Below are positions 37,653 to 48,005 of a DNA stretch of 64,000 bases, piece by piece. Position 1 is the first letter of the stretch; each line of letters starts with the position of its first letter. The DNA comes from an uncultured Bacteroidales bacterium (GTDB lineage: Bacteria > Bacteroidota > Bacteroidia > Bacteroidales > UBA3824), in NCBI GenBank assembly GCA_947168365.1, contig CAMVLO010000006.1:4833-68832 (forward strand), in the 5' to 3' direction. Position numbers and translations under genes: made by a program. The notes below the pieces were generated by a model. That model did no database searches and was not told where the DNA came from. It worked only from the letters and a program-made list of their open reading frames with translations.

Positions 37653-39584
37653 ATGAAACGAACAGTTTTGGAGATGCTTACAACAGCATCTGAGAAATTC
37701 AAAGACAAAATATACATCGCAGACAAAACTGACAACGGTTGGAAAGGTCTTACTTTCAACGAAGTAGAAAAATATTCATCGGATCTTGCAATAGGACTGA
37801 TACAAGAAGGAATAAAGCCCCAAGACAAAATAGCGATAATATCAGAAGGCCGCTGCAGGTGGATAATATCAGAATACGCGATATTAAAAACCAAAGCTAT
37901 ATGCGTACCGTTAAGCACAAAACTACAATCCGAAGAAATCGCATACAGAATAGAACATTCGGAATGTAAATATGTCATAATTTCACAAAACTGTATATCC
38001 AAAATTCTTGAAATGAGTGAAAAACTCAGCAAAATGAACGTAAAAATAATCTATATTGACGAAAAGGATTTTGACTATCAAGCATATATCAAAGCATTAC
38101 CCGAAACAATACTATTCAGTGATTTATTAACTTCAGGAGAACAAAACAAAGCAAAATACGAAGACGAACTCCGAAAAAGAATCAACAGCGTAGTAGAAGA
38201 CGACGTTGTAACAATCAGTTACACATCGGGAACCACCGGAAATCCAAAAGGCATAATGCTTACACACCTCAACTATTGGGCAAATGCAATAGATGCAGCA
38301 CAATATTTCAGAATGGAAAACGATTTGAAATCGCTTGTGATACTGCCGTTAGACCATTCATTTGCGCATACAATATGTTTTTACCTTGCAGTATTTTGCA
38401 GCATGTCGATATATTTCGTAGATTCAAGAGGCGGCATGAGAAACCAACTGAAAAACATCTTCCCGAATATCAAAGAAGTAGAACCGGATATGATGTTAAC
38501 AGTACCGACTGTTACCGGCAACTTCATGCGAAAGATTTACGAAACTGTAGAAAAACAAGGTAAACTGACATATTGGATATTCAAAAAAGGATTAAAAAAC
38601 GGAATGATATATTTCGGCGACGGCTACAAAAAACCGAATCTGCTGAAAAAAATATTCCGTTACCCGATTTATAAATTAGCCGACAGAATGATATTCAGCA
38701 AAATACGCAAGATGTTAGGCAAAAATTTCAAATTCTTTATCGGCGGCGGTGCAATGCTCGAAATCAAACAGCAAAAATTTTTCAACTGCATCGGACTGCC
38801 AATCATGCAAGGTTACGGACTATCAGAAGCATCGCCGATAGTAAGCGTAAACCAAAGACACAATCACAAATTCGGCTCATCAGGCGGAATACTTTCAGGT
38901 ATAGATTGCAAAATACTTGATGCCAACAACAACGAAGTACCGCGAGGCGAAACCGGATATATCGTTGTAGAAGGTCACAACGTAATGAAAGGATATTACA
39001 AAAACCAAGAAGCCACCAAAGAAGTAATCGATGAACAAGGCCGTCTGCATACCGGCGACATGGGATACATCGACAAAGACGGATTTTTGTTCGTAACCGG
39101 CAGAGAAAGAGCACTGTTGATAAGCAAAGACGGCGAAAAATATTCACCCGAAGAAATAGAAGACGCAATATGTACATGCTCCGAATTTATACATCAATGC
39201 GTACTCTATTGCGACCACAGCAAATACACATCAGCACTAATAACACTCGACCAAGTACGAATAAAAAATTACATACAAAAAAACAAAGTCACAACCAAAG
39301 AAATACTCGACGTAATAGGCAAATCGTTTTACAAATTCACAAACGACATCGCATACAAAAAAGCATTTCCGCCACAATGGATACCGTCAGTATTCAGGAT
39401 TTTGCCCGAAACATTTACAGAGCAAAACCAGATGTTGAACTCATCCATGAAAATAAAAAGATTCAAAGTAATCCAAACATACAAAGATGTCATAGACAAA
39501 ATGTACGAATCCAAAGAGAAAATCTCAAGCAAGGACAATTTGGATGCACTTGAAAAAATCATGGAAAACATCGCAAAGAACTAA
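37653..39584 (+). CDS. Long-chain fatty acid-CoA ligase (AMP-dependent synthetase)
   Basis: AMP-binding motif 'ISYTSGTTGNPKGIMLTH', 'QGYGLSE' and 'LHTGDMGYIDKDGFLFVTGR'. Confidence 0.9.
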   Translation: MKRTVLEMLTTASEKFKDKIYIADKTDNGWKGLTFNEVEKYSSDLAIGLIQEGIKPQDKIAIISEGRCRWIISEYAILKTKAICVPLSTKLQSEEIAYRIEHSECKYVIISQNCISKILEMSEKLSKMNVKIIYIDEKDFDYQAYIKALPETILFSDLLTSGEQNKAKYEDELRKRINSVVEDDVVTISYTSGTTGNPKGIMLTHLNYWANAIDAAQYFRMENDLKSLVILPLDHSFAHTICFYLAVFCSMSIYFVDSRGGMRNQLKNIFPNIKEVEPDMMLTVPTVTGNFMRKIYETVEKQGKLTYWIFKKGLKNGMIYFGDGYKKPNLLKKIFRYPIYKLADRMIFSKIRKMLGKNFKFFIGGGAMLEIKQQKFFNCIGLPIMQGYGLSEASPIVSVNQRHNHKFGSSGGILSGIDCKILDANNNEVPRGETGYIVVEGHNVMKGYYKNQEATKEVIDEQGRLHTGDMGYIDKDGFLFVTGRERALLISKDGEKYSPEEIEDAICTCSEFIHQCVLYCDHSKYTSALITLDQVRIKNYIQKNKVTTKEILDVIGKSFYKFTNDIAYKKAFPPQWIPSVFRILPETFTEQNQMLNSSMKIKRFKVIQTYKDVIDKMYESKEKISSKDNLDALEKIMENIAKN

Positions 39585-39643
39585 AAAAAATCAAAAATTC
39601 AGATTTTTTAAGAAAATAAATTTGAAAAAATCGCAAATATAGA

Positions 39644-39651
39644 TATATTTG
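39644..39651 (+). promoter_or_regulatory. Bacteroidota-type -7 promoter box (TAtaTTTG)
   Basis: Matches TAnnTTTG, 41 nt upstream of the ATG at 39692. Confidence 0.45.
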
Positions 39652-39691
39652 CAAATTGAAAGATAATAATAACAGATACAAATCAACCATC

Positions 39692-40081
39692 ATGGATCAC
39701 ATAACAAGCGCAGGAAACATGAAGACACCTTGGGTCAATCTTGATCCTCAAAAAGGTTTGATAGAGCTCGGCGGTCGCTCAATACCGGAAAACACCGAAA
39801 GTGTATACAGACCTTTAATTGAATGGATTGAAGAATATATTCAGAATCCAAGTGCACACACCGAAGTAGTTGTAAACTTTGAATATTTCAATTCAAGTTC
39901 CGCAAAATATTTAATCAGATTCCTCGAATATTTCAGCACACTGAAAAAAACAGGATACGACGTCACCATCAAATGGTATTACGACGACGACGAACTTTTG
40001 GAATACGGTCAAGATTTTCAAGACGTATTGGAAATGCAATTTGAATTTCACCATTCCAAAGAATACAAAAAAAGTATATAA
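39692..40081 (+). CDS. DUF1987 / SiaC-family partner-switch protein
   Basis: 'IELGGRSIPENTESVYRPLIEWIEEY...VNFEYFNSSSAKYLIRFLEYF...IKWYYDDDELLEYGQDF' matches the DUF1987 pattern. The listed ORF begins at TTG 39656, just after the -7 box. Confidence 0.8.
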   Translation: MDHITSAGNMKTPWVNLDPQKGLIELGGRSIPENTESVYRPLIEWIEEYIQNPSAHTEVVVNFEYFNSSSAKYLIRFLEYFSTLKKTGYDVTIKWYYDDDELLEYGQDFQDVLEMQFEFHHSKEYKKSI

Positions 40082-40130
40082 TCACATAATTCTATACTCT
40101 AGTAATTTTATTGCACATAATTTATTTTTT

Positions 40131-40163
40131 AGCCTGCGATACTCCATGTATCACAGGCTTTTT
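40131..40163 (+). terminator. Probable rho-independent terminator after the SiaC-like gene
   Basis: agcctg(cga) pairs with (tca)caggct and is followed by ttttt. Confidence 0.5.
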
Positions 40164-40487
40164 AATTATGATATTTTACAAACATCATCTTACAATAACT
40201 AAAAATTTAACAGAATCCAAAACTACATCGCTATACAAACAAATAAAATTTCAACAATACTATACAGAAATACTAACAAATATCGAGATATAACATCACT
40301 TCAAAATTAGGATTCTAAATATAAAGCGAGTGTTCACAATCAATCAGAGGATTTGTACTCACAATCATCCGTGGGTTTGCACCCACGGCACCACAGCACT
40401 CAACACTCAAAAAAAATAAGAACATCATTTTTACAATTAATACAAAAAATTTATTACCTTTCGGCACAAAAAAATTAAATAACTACT

Positions 40488-43085
40488 ATGAAAAACCTGA
40501 ATGTAGCTCACATATCAATTAAACAAAGTATTCTAAGCAGTTTGATAAACGGCGAAACAAACGAAGACCCAAAATATTGCAATATCAAAGCTAGTCTTAT
40601 TAACAATGCGATGGTATTTCCCGTGCCCGAAGTTTTCGACTTGAAACAATTTGCTGAAGATTTCAAAAAGTTTCTCGCAGATGATCTCAAAATTAAAACC
40701 GAATCGGAAACTTTCGGCGATGACATCTTTTCGTTGCCATTTTCTCCAATCGGACTCGGCCTTATGAAAAAAACTATAATTTTCACGATGTTCGATTTCC
40801 ATCTTTACATGAATATAATTCCCGTAAAAGAAATTGAAAACGCAAATTACAGCGAAAACAAAATTTCGGAATTTTTATCGTCCGGGAAAAACGAACAGAT
40901 TTATACTTTTACTGAAAATTATATACTAAATCTCTATCCCGAAGATATCAGAAAAACTGTAAAAGGATTCAACAGATATTACTACACTCAAAATCCCGGA
41001 ATAGCTGCTATTTTGGCAAAACATCTTGAAGACGGCGAAGAAATAATGGCGAAATTGGACATCTACAAGATAGAACAGTCAAAATCTAACGCTCAAACAA
41101 GCGAAGCAGACCAAAGTTTTTATTTATTGACTACCTTCGGGGCATATTTATTTGTAACAGATAAAAACCAACAAGAAAAGTATATAGAAACGTTAAGTGC
41201 TGAAAAACTCAAAGTTACAAGTCGTATAGGTCGCGACGATGTACAATGCGGAGTTACAAAATGGGTTACAAATCGCGATAATGACTTTTTGTTTGATGAA
41301 ATTCAAGATTTAAACAATCTCGAACAAAACGAAAAGATAAAAAAATTTGCAATTGCCAATTTCAATCACGCTGAAAAAAACGAGGACAAAGTAAATGCAG
41401 CCAAATGGTTGGAAACATTTGCAAAGGTTACCAATTGTCCGTTCAACAATTTTGCAGCAAAAGTTTTGAAATTCAGCAGTCAAATATCTGAAGATAATAT
41501 TGATGAAACTACAGCAAAAGAATTGATGGACAGCGCAAACTCGCTGTTTTCGGTAACTGATTTCGAGAAACGAATCAAGGAATTTTTATCTGACTTTAAT
41601 TTCAGTGCCAAAGAAATCATCACACTTATATATGTAATATCAAGAGCCAAAAACCGACTTTCGGATATCAATTCGTTCAAAGAAACGATGTTGATGTTGA
41701 AAGAAAAATATTTTAAACTTGACGACGACAACAACAACCGCGCATTTATAGAAATTTCGATTGCAAAAAAATTGAATATTCTTGGCGACAAAACATCAAG
41801 CATGAAACTTGCAAAAGATGCTCTTGATATAATTTCTGACCAAACAACTGTAAAACTCCGCCCGATGTACGACACTACTCCGGAAATGCCTTACAACGGA
41901 GCAGCGTTATATGTTGCAGCGATAGAAGAACTTAGCAAGGCATCGGAATCAGAAAAAGACAAACAGAAATATGCGCAACTTCTCGCGATAGAAAAACCGT
42001 TGATTAAGAAAAATATTACAAATCTTCAAAAAGTAACAACCGACGAAGATTTAAAGAAACGCATTTCGAATCTCGAAGGATTGTACAGCGCACAAAATTT
42101 CAACAATTTTACTTACGAAAGCGAATACACATTCAAAACCAAATATTCAAAACTATCTACCAAACTTTTTACAGAAAGTACGCAACGCGGAAAAGCATAC
42201 AGAGATTTGAATGATTGGATTGCGAAAATACAGCCGGACAAAACATTGAGCACCATAAAAGAACACGCTCAAAAAGTAACGGAAGAAAACTATTCGCAAC
42301 TAAATTCGCTCGTAGAAACCTGCCGCGATTTTTTTGAAATGCCCGAAGTAGAAGTCTACGTAATATTCAATCGAAATCAAGGCGTAATATCCAACGACGA
42401 CGGCGAAACAAAATATATAATTCTCGATGGCGAACTCCTTGATACAGACAGTGCTAACTATATGAACTTATCAGAAATGATATTCGTATTGGGAAAAGAA
42501 TTTGCAAGTTTGAAAACCGGAATATCCAAACTCTCGAGTCACGGACAATGGAGAAATTTTGCCAACGTAGGAATTATAAGCACCGATATAATAAAACAAT
42601 TTGTACAAAATCCCGAATTCTTGAAAAACGATGCACGGAATTACAACAAATTGATGAAATTCAGCGAATTGCTTACCGAAAACGCCGGATATTACAATTT
42701 TGACATCGAGGATACCAATTCGGCTGCCAAGATGTTAAAACAAACAATGAAAGCGATAGAATACAAAGGAACACCCAAAATAGAAAACCTCAGCGAAAAA
42801 GAATATTGGGCATTATCGTTGTTAACAACAATAATTACCGACCGAATAGGCCTCGTGATGAATCAAAACATCGTTTATGCCGTAAAAGGAATCATCGACA
42901 ACGACAAATATATCAACGGCGGCATAGAATTTTGCAAGGATAATTCGGTAATAGAACTCGCAAATAGCAAAACTGCGGACCAAAAACCGTCAAATTACGA
43001 TTTTTCGATGCGATTAAATGCTCTTATAGGATTTTATTTATCAGACAATTACAAAGAACTTTGTAAAGAGATGCAAAAAAATTGA
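40488..43085 (+). CDS. Large hypothetical protein (865 aa), no confident domain; possible degenerate M48-like segment near the C-terminus
   Basis: Uninterrupted 2.6-kb ORF. 'YIILDGELLD...LSEMIFVLGKEFASLKTG' aligns by eye to the M48 block '..GLL..L...EL.AVLAHELGHIKNG', but both His are replaced. Confidence 0.75.
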   Translation: MKNLNVAHISIKQSILSSLINGETNEDPKYCNIKASLINNAMVFPVPEVFDLKQFAEDFKKFLADDLKIKTESETFGDDIFSLPFSPIGLGLMKKTIIFTMFDFHLYMNIIPVKEIENANYSENKISEFLSSGKNEQIYTFTENYILNLYPEDIRKTVKGFNRYYYTQNPGIAAILAKHLEDGEEIMAKLDIYKIEQSKSNAQTSEADQSFYLLTTFGAYLFVTDKNQQEKYIETLSAEKLKVTSRIGRDDVQCGVTKWVTNRDNDFLFDEIQDLNNLEQNEKIKKFAIANFNHAEKNEDKVNAAKWLETFAKVTNCPFNNFAAKVLKFSSQISEDNIDETTAKELMDSANSLFSVTDFEKRIKEFLSDFNFSAKEIITLIYVISRAKNRLSDINSFKETMLMLKEKYFKLDDDNNNRAFIEISIAKKLNILGDKTSSMKLAKDALDIISDQTTVKLRPMYDTTPEMPYNGAALYVAAIEELSKASESEKDKQKYAQLLAIEKPLIKKNITNLQKVTTDEDLKKRISNLEGLYSAQNFNNFTYESEYTFKTKYSKLSTKLFTESTQRGKAYRDLNDWIAKIQPDKTLSTIKEHAQKVTEENYSQLNSLVETCRDFFEMPEVEVYVIFNRNQGVISNDDGETKYIILDGELLDTDSANYMNLSEMIFVLGKEFASLKTGISKLSSHGQWRNFANVGIISTDIIKQFVQNPEFLKNDARNYNKLMKFSELLTENAGYYNFDIEDTNSAAKMLKQTMKAIEYKGTPKIENLSEKEYWALSLLTTIITDRIGLVMNQNIVYAVKGIIDNDKYINGGIEFCKDNSVIELANSKTADQKPSNYDFSMRLNALIGFYLSDNYKELCKEMQKN

Positions 43086-43116
43086 GAAAAAATTTGGAGG
43101 ATTCAAAAATTCGCCA

Positions 43117-43124
43117 TACCTTTG
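43117..43124 (+). promoter_or_regulatory. Bacteroidota-type -7 promoter box (TAccTTTG) for tRNA-Glu
   Basis: Matches TAnnTTTG, 41 nt upstream of the tRNA 5' end. Confidence 0.45.
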
Positions 43125-43164
43125 CATCGTCAAAATAAGAAAAACAATTGACAACACGAAAGAT

Positions 43165-43236
43165 GGTCCTTTCGTCTAGAGGCTAGGACGCAAGATTTTC
43201 ATTCTTGTAACACGGGTTCGATTCCCGTAGGGACTA
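43165..43236 (+). tRNA. tRNA-Glu (anticodon UUC)
   Basis: Cloverleaf read by hand: acceptor ggtcctt/agggact, D-arm gtc-tagaggctag-gac, anticodon stem caaga/tcttg with loop ttTTCat, T-arm acggg-ttcgatt-cccgt. It closely parallels E. coli tRNA-Glu. Confidence 0.9.
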
Positions 43237-43240
43237 CAAA

Positions 43241-43273
43241 GGTTGAAGTTACAAAAGACTTCAACCTTTTTTT
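43241..43273 (+). terminator. Rho-independent terminator after tRNA-Glu
   Basis: ggttgaagt pairs with acttcaacc and is followed by ttttttt. Confidence 0.8.
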
Positions 43274-43309
43274 ATTTCAGTAGTTCTACAAATACAAAAA
43301 AGCTTTTCT

Positions 43310-43960
43310 ATGGAAAACTTATTAATGGAAGACATCGAGCTGTATGTAGAAAATCACACCACAGCCGAAGACGATGTTTTGAGACAATTGAGACGCAAAA
43401 CCAATCTCACCACTACAATGCCGCGTCAATTGTCAGGACCTGTACAAGGCAAACTCCTTGAGATGTTCAGCAGAATGATAAATCCGGAATATATCTTGGA
43501 AATCGGAACATTTACCGGCTATTCGGCATACTGTCTCGCCAAAGGTCTGAAACAAGGCGGCAAACTTCACACCATAGAAGTAAAAGACGAATTGGAAGAG
43601 CCGTTGTTGACATTTTTTAGTAAAGCCGGAATCTCCGACAAAGTACAACTCCATATCGGCGACGGTGCTGAAATTGTAAAAAATCTCGATATCAAATTCG
43701 ACATGGCTTTTATCGACGGCGACAAAAGACAATATCCGGAATATTATGAAAATGTTTTTCCGAAAATAAAAGTTGGAGGTTATATCCTAATCGACAATGT
43801 TTTGTGGTACGATAAAGTAATAAGTCAACCCAAAGAAAATGATGCCTATACAAAAGGTATAATCGAGCTAAACGACATCGTACAAAACGACGACCGTGTG
43901 GACAATGTACTTGTACCAATACGCGACGGACTTACCGTAGCCCGGAAATTAAGAGATTAA
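43310..43960 (+). CDS. Class I SAM-dependent O-methyltransferase (caffeoyl-CoA OMT-like, Methyltransf_3)
   Basis: 'ILEIGTFTGYSAYCLAKGL' (motif I) and 'DMAFIDGDKRQYPEYYE'. Confidence 0.85.
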   Translation: MENLLMEDIELYVENHTTAEDDVLRQLRRKTNLTTTMPRQLSGPVQGKLLEMFSRMINPEYILEIGTFTGYSAYCLAKGLKQGGKLHTIEVKDELEEPLLTFFSKAGISDKVQLHIGDGAEIVKNLDIKFDMAFIDGDKRQYPEYYENVFPKIKVGGYILIDNVLWYDKVISQPKENDAYTKGIIELNDIVQNDDRVDNVLVPIRDGLTVARKLRD

Positions 43961-44037
43961 TAATATTTGTTAACTCCTATTTCCGTTAATTTTATTATCT
44001 TTACAAATCCAAAAACTAAGAAAATCAAAAAAACAAA

Positions 44038-45234
44038 ATGCAAGAATACAATTTACCAAAAGTAATCCTGAAATCCGGCAAAGAACGTTCGGTATTAAGA
44101 CTTCATCCGTGGATATTTTCAGGAGCAATCAAAAATATAATCGGAAACGCCATCGACGGCGAAGATGTAGTGGTTTATGACAATTCCAACAAGTTTCTCG
44201 GCTTGGGACATTATCAAAAAATCGGCTCCATCTCGGTACGACTTTACGCTTTTGAGCAAATTACGCCCGACAGAGCATTCTGGAAATCAAAAATACAAAA
44301 TGCAATCGACGTAAGAAAAGTATTGGGCTATTTCGACAATCCCGAAACCAACGTATGCAGAATCATTCACGGCGAAGGCGACGGATTTCCGGGATTTATC
44401 TGTGATTATTACAACGGAATTGTTGTATTTCAGGCTCACAGCCGCGGGATGTGGAACTTGGAACCGATGTTTGCAGATATTTTCAGAGAAATTCTCGGCG
44501 ACAAGGTTACAACAATTTACGACAAATCAGACAAAACATTGCCTAAATCAGAAGGTCTGAAAGTAGAAAACAAATTTCTTTTCGGCAACGAGGAAGAAAA
44601 AGTTGTAACAGAACACGGTCTGAAATTCTATGTTAATGTAGTAGAAGGACAAAAAACCGGATATTTTATCGACCAAAGAGAAAACCGCGATTTGTTGAAA
44701 CAATATTCCAAAGGCAAAACAGTTTTGAACATGTTTTGTTATACCGGCGGCTTTTCAATCGCGAGTCTCAAAGGCGGAGCAAAGAGTGTAACTTCGGTTG
44801 ACGCATCTCAAATTGCAATCGACCTCACCAAGAAAAACGGCGAACTAAACGGTTACAAAGATAATCACGAAGCATTGGCAGTAGACGCTTTTGATTTTCT
44901 TGACAAAATGGAGAAAAACAAATACGACCTTATCGTACTCGACCCGCCTGCTTTTGCAAAACATGCCAACGTAGTAAATCAAGCTGTAAAAGGTTATACA
45001 AGAATCAACCGCAGTGCAATGGAAAAAATCGCGCCTAATTCGCTTTTGTTTACATTTTCATGCTCTCAAGCCATCGACAAACAGACATTCAGAATGGCAG
45101 TAATGGAAGCGTCGATACAGGCAAACAGAAAAATCAGAATTCTTCATCAGCTGACACAGCCGAACGACCATCCGATTTCGATTTATCACCCGGAAGGCGA
45201 ATACTTGAAAGGATTGGTACTTTTTGTAGAATAA
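44038..45234 (+). CDS. Class I SAM-dependent rRNA methyltransferase, RlmI-like (PUA + MTase)
   Basis: 'VLNMFCYTGGFSIAS' (motif I), 'LIVLDPPAFAK' (motif IV) and an N-terminal PUA-like region. Confidence 0.8.
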   Translation: MQEYNLPKVILKSGKERSVLRLHPWIFSGAIKNIIGNAIDGEDVVVYDNSNKFLGLGHYQKIGSISVRLYAFEQITPDRAFWKSKIQNAIDVRKVLGYFDNPETNVCRIIHGEGDGFPGFICDYYNGIVVFQAHSRGMWNLEPMFADIFREILGDKVTTIYDKSDKTLPKSEGLKVENKFLFGNEEEKVVTEHGLKFYVNVVEGQKTGYFIDQRENRDLLKQYSKGKTVLNMFCYTGGFSIASLKGGAKSVTSVDASQIAIDLTKKNGELNGYKDNHEALAVDAFDFLDKMEKNKYDLIVLDPPAFAKHANVVNQAVKGYTRINRSAMEKIAPNSLLFTFSCSQAIDKQTFRMAVMEASIQANRKIRILHQLTQPNDHPISIYHPEGEYLKGLVLFVE

Positions 45235-45238
45235 GGAA

Positions 45239-47068
45239 ATGGAATACACAAAGTCACTTACGAACTACAACCGCAACAAAACCTTGGTTGTAAATGTCGG
45301 CAACACAGCACTCGGAGGCAACAATCCGATAAAAATCCAAACGATGTGCAACACCGCTACCAACGATGTTGACAAAACTGTAAATCAGATAATCAACGTT
45401 GCGAAGACTACGGATTGCGACATCATCAGGGTAACTGTGCCTACAATGAACGATGTAAAAGCCTTAAAAGAGATTCACGACAAGATTCAGGCAGCAGGCG
45501 TAACAATTCCGCTGGTAGCTGATGTTCATTTCAACGCCGCAATCGCATTTGAATGTGCAAAAATTGTAGAAAAAGTACGTGTAAATCCGGGAAATTTCGG
45601 TCATCACGAATTACCTTGCCTCACAGAAGAAGAATTTCAAGAAGAAGGCAAACTCTTGGAAGATACTTTTAGAGACTTTTTGAAAGTATGCAAAGAGCAC
45701 AACACGGCGGTAAGAATCGGAACAAATCATGGTTCGTTAGCCAAAAGAATATTAAACCGTTACGGAGATACAATTGAAGGAATGGTAGAATCGGTAATGG
45801 AATTTTTGAGAGTAGCAGTTCAAGAAAAATTTGAGAATATCGCCATTTCGTTAAAATCTTCCAACCCGACAGTAGCAATCCGCGCAGCCCGCCTTATGGT
45901 AAAAACCATGAACGACGAAAACATGCATTACGCATTGCACCTCGGCGTAACGGAAGCCGGTGAAGGCAACGACGGCAGAATTAAATCTGCATCAGGCATT
46001 TGTCCGTTACTAAACGACGGAATCGGTGATACAATTCGTGTATCATTAACAGAAGATCCTGAAGCAGAGATACTTCCGGCTCAAGAAATTGTAGCTTACA
46101 GAGATTATTTGAAAGAGGCGGCAAAACTTCCGGAAATTCCGTTTTTCTACGATCCGTTTCATTACACCAAACGCAAATCAGAGCAAATCAGCTTTTTAGC
46201 TAACAATGTAAATCCCGTAGCAATAATTGTTGACAACGAAACCGAGCTTCAGGAACTTGTAAGCAATTGGGAAACTTTGAAATCAGAAAACAAAACTCCT
46301 GATTTGATAATTGCCGGCAACAGCGATATCGAAGAAAAAGTAATTTCTGTAATCAGAGAATCCAAAGTAGCAACAAAAAGCAGTTTGCACGGTTCAATTA
46401 AAGTATTTGTTGATAGAGATTTTGTTGACTACAAACAAGATGCAATAATTATCATCGATGAGAATACAGATTTTGAAACTCTGAAAACAAAAAATCTCGA
46501 CAAAGTAACTTTAATAGCCTCGTCCAAAAACCGCAACAAAACCGGAGCATTGAGATATATCTTTTACAAATTACAAGAAAACAATATCAACAATGCGGTT
46601 TTGCTACGCACCGACGACGGCGAACAAGATGCAAGGTTCAAAGAATTTGCACCGGCGGCAGAATGTGCAGGCGTATTCGCAGACGGCTTTGGAGACGGCG
46701 TATGCTTAAAAAGTAACGGTAACGCTGCAAAAAATATACGATTAGGCTACCAAATCTTACAAATAGCACGTCTTCGCATATCAGGAAACGAATATGTAAG
46801 TTGTCCTGGCTGCGGACGCACGATGTACAACTTACAAGAAACAGTAAAGAAAATAAAAGCGGCAACCGCCAAATACAAAAATTTGAAAATAGCCGTCATG
46901 GGTTGTATCGTAAACGGACCGGGCGAAATGGCAGATGCAGATTTCGGTTACGTAGGCGCAGGAAAACAAAAAATCTCGCTCTACAAAGACGGGAAAGTTG
47001 TAAAAAAAGCAATCGACGAAAGCCTTGCCGTAGACGAACTTCTCAAAATCATTGATAATTCTATCTAA
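45239..47068 (+). CDS. ispG: 4-hydroxy-3-methylbut-2-en-1-yl diphosphate synthase (long form with insert domain)
   Basis: 'IKIQTMCNT', 'RVNPGNFG', 'IGTNHGSL' and the Fe-S cysteines 'YVSCPGCGRT' and 'VMGCIVNGPGE'. Confidence 0.9.
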   Translation: MEYTKSLTNYNRNKTLVVNVGNTALGGNNPIKIQTMCNTATNDVDKTVNQIINVAKTTDCDIIRVTVPTMNDVKALKEIHDKIQAAGVTIPLVADVHFNAAIAFECAKIVEKVRVNPGNFGHHELPCLTEEEFQEEGKLLEDTFRDFLKVCKEHNTAVRIGTNHGSLAKRILNRYGDTIEGMVESVMEFLRVAVQEKFENIAISLKSSNPTVAIRAARLMVKTMNDENMHYALHLGVTEAGEGNDGRIKSASGICPLLNDGIGDTIRVSLTEDPEAEILPAQEIVAYRDYLKEAAKLPEIPFFYDPFHYTKRKSEQISFLANNVNPVAIIVDNETELQELVSNWETLKSENKTPDLIIAGNSDIEEKVISVIRESKVATKSSLHGSIKVFVDRDFVDYKQDAIIIIDENTDFETLKTKNLDKVTLIASSKNRNKTGALRYIFYKLQENNINNAVLLRTDDGEQDARFKEFAPAAECAGVFADGFGDGVCLKSNGNAAKNIRLGYQILQIARLRISGNEYVSCPGCGRTMYNLQETVKKIKAATAKYKNLKIAVMGCIVNGPGEMADADFGYVGAGKQKISLYKDGKVVKKAIDESLAVDELLKIIDNSI

Positions 47069-47192
47069 TAATTAAGAATTTGGCACAATTTTATATTAAG
47101 AAGAAGTATTAAAGAAAAAACGTAAATATTATTAATTTTTTTCAGAAAAGTTTTATAATTTTACAAGCGAGAAAAAAACTTCACAATCTGAT

Positions 47193-48005
47193 ATGAAATT
47201 GACAATTAGAAAGATAGGTATTTTATTAATAGTTTTATTGATTTCTAATACAAGAATACAAGCACAGAAATCAATAAAGCTTGACGGTATCTACCAAGGA
47301 GAAAACCTGTTTATAATGAATCCGTTTGCCTCAAGCGGAGTAGGCTTTTGTATCTATGAAGTAACAGTAAACGGGCAGATATCAACCGACAATATCAACA
47401 GTTCGGCATTTGAACTAAATCTTGGAGTGTATCACCTTCAGAAAGGCGACCGCGTTGCTATTGAAATAAAGCACAAGGAGGGTTGTACACCTAAGGTATT
47501 GAATGCTGACGTCTTGAAACCAAAAAGTACTTACACCGTAAGTTCTTTAAAATTAGACAAAACCGGAACATTGTCATTCACAACTCAAGGCGAAATAGGC
47601 AGTTTGCCGTTCGTAATTGAGCAATTCAAATGGAAAAAATGGATTACAGTGGCTCAGGTACAAGGCAAAGGTACGTCGGGAACAAATATCTACAATGTAA
47701 AAGTACCACTTCACAGCGGTATCAACAAGGTGAGAATCAAGCAGGTAGATTGCACAAAGAAACCGCGCTACTCAAACGAAATTACGTTCAACAACCTTGC
47801 GCCCGAAGTTACTTTCAAACCGGGTAACAATGGTCAGACTACGGGACAAATTACGTTCTCAAGAGCTACGGAATACGAAATTTACGATTTCTACGGCAAA
47901 CGTCTGGCTAAGGGAAATGCAGTTTCGGTAAATGTAAGTTCGTATCCTAAAGGCACTTACTTTATCAACTACGATTGCAAAAGCGAATCGTTTGAAAAGA
48001 GATAA
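47193..48005 (+). CDS. Hypothetical secreted protein, possible T9SS-type C-terminal sorting domain
   Basis: Signal peptide 'ILLIVLLISNTRIQAQ'. The C-terminus 'EYEIYDFYGKRLAKGNAVSVNVSSYPKGTYFINY' resembles type A T9SS CTDs. Confidence 0.6.
   Translation: MKLTIRKIGILLIVLLISNTRIQAQKSIKLDGIYQGENLFIMNPFASSGVGFCIYEVTVNGQISTDNINSSAFELNLGVYHLQKGDRVAIEIKHKEGCTPKVLNADVLKPKSTYTVSSLKLDKTGTLSFTTQGEIGSLPFVIEQFKWKKWITVAQVQGKGTSGTNIYNVKVPLHSGINKVRIKQVDCTKKPRYSNEITFNNLAPEVTFKPGNNGQTTGQITFSRATEYEIYDFYGKRLAKGNAVSVNVSSYPKGTYFINYDCKSESFEKR

Noticed and set aside
40111-40293. 60-aa ORF in the gap after the SiaC-like gene
   Set aside because: It spans the predicted terminator hairpin, has no promoter box and gives a low-complexity translation. 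It is probably not a gene.
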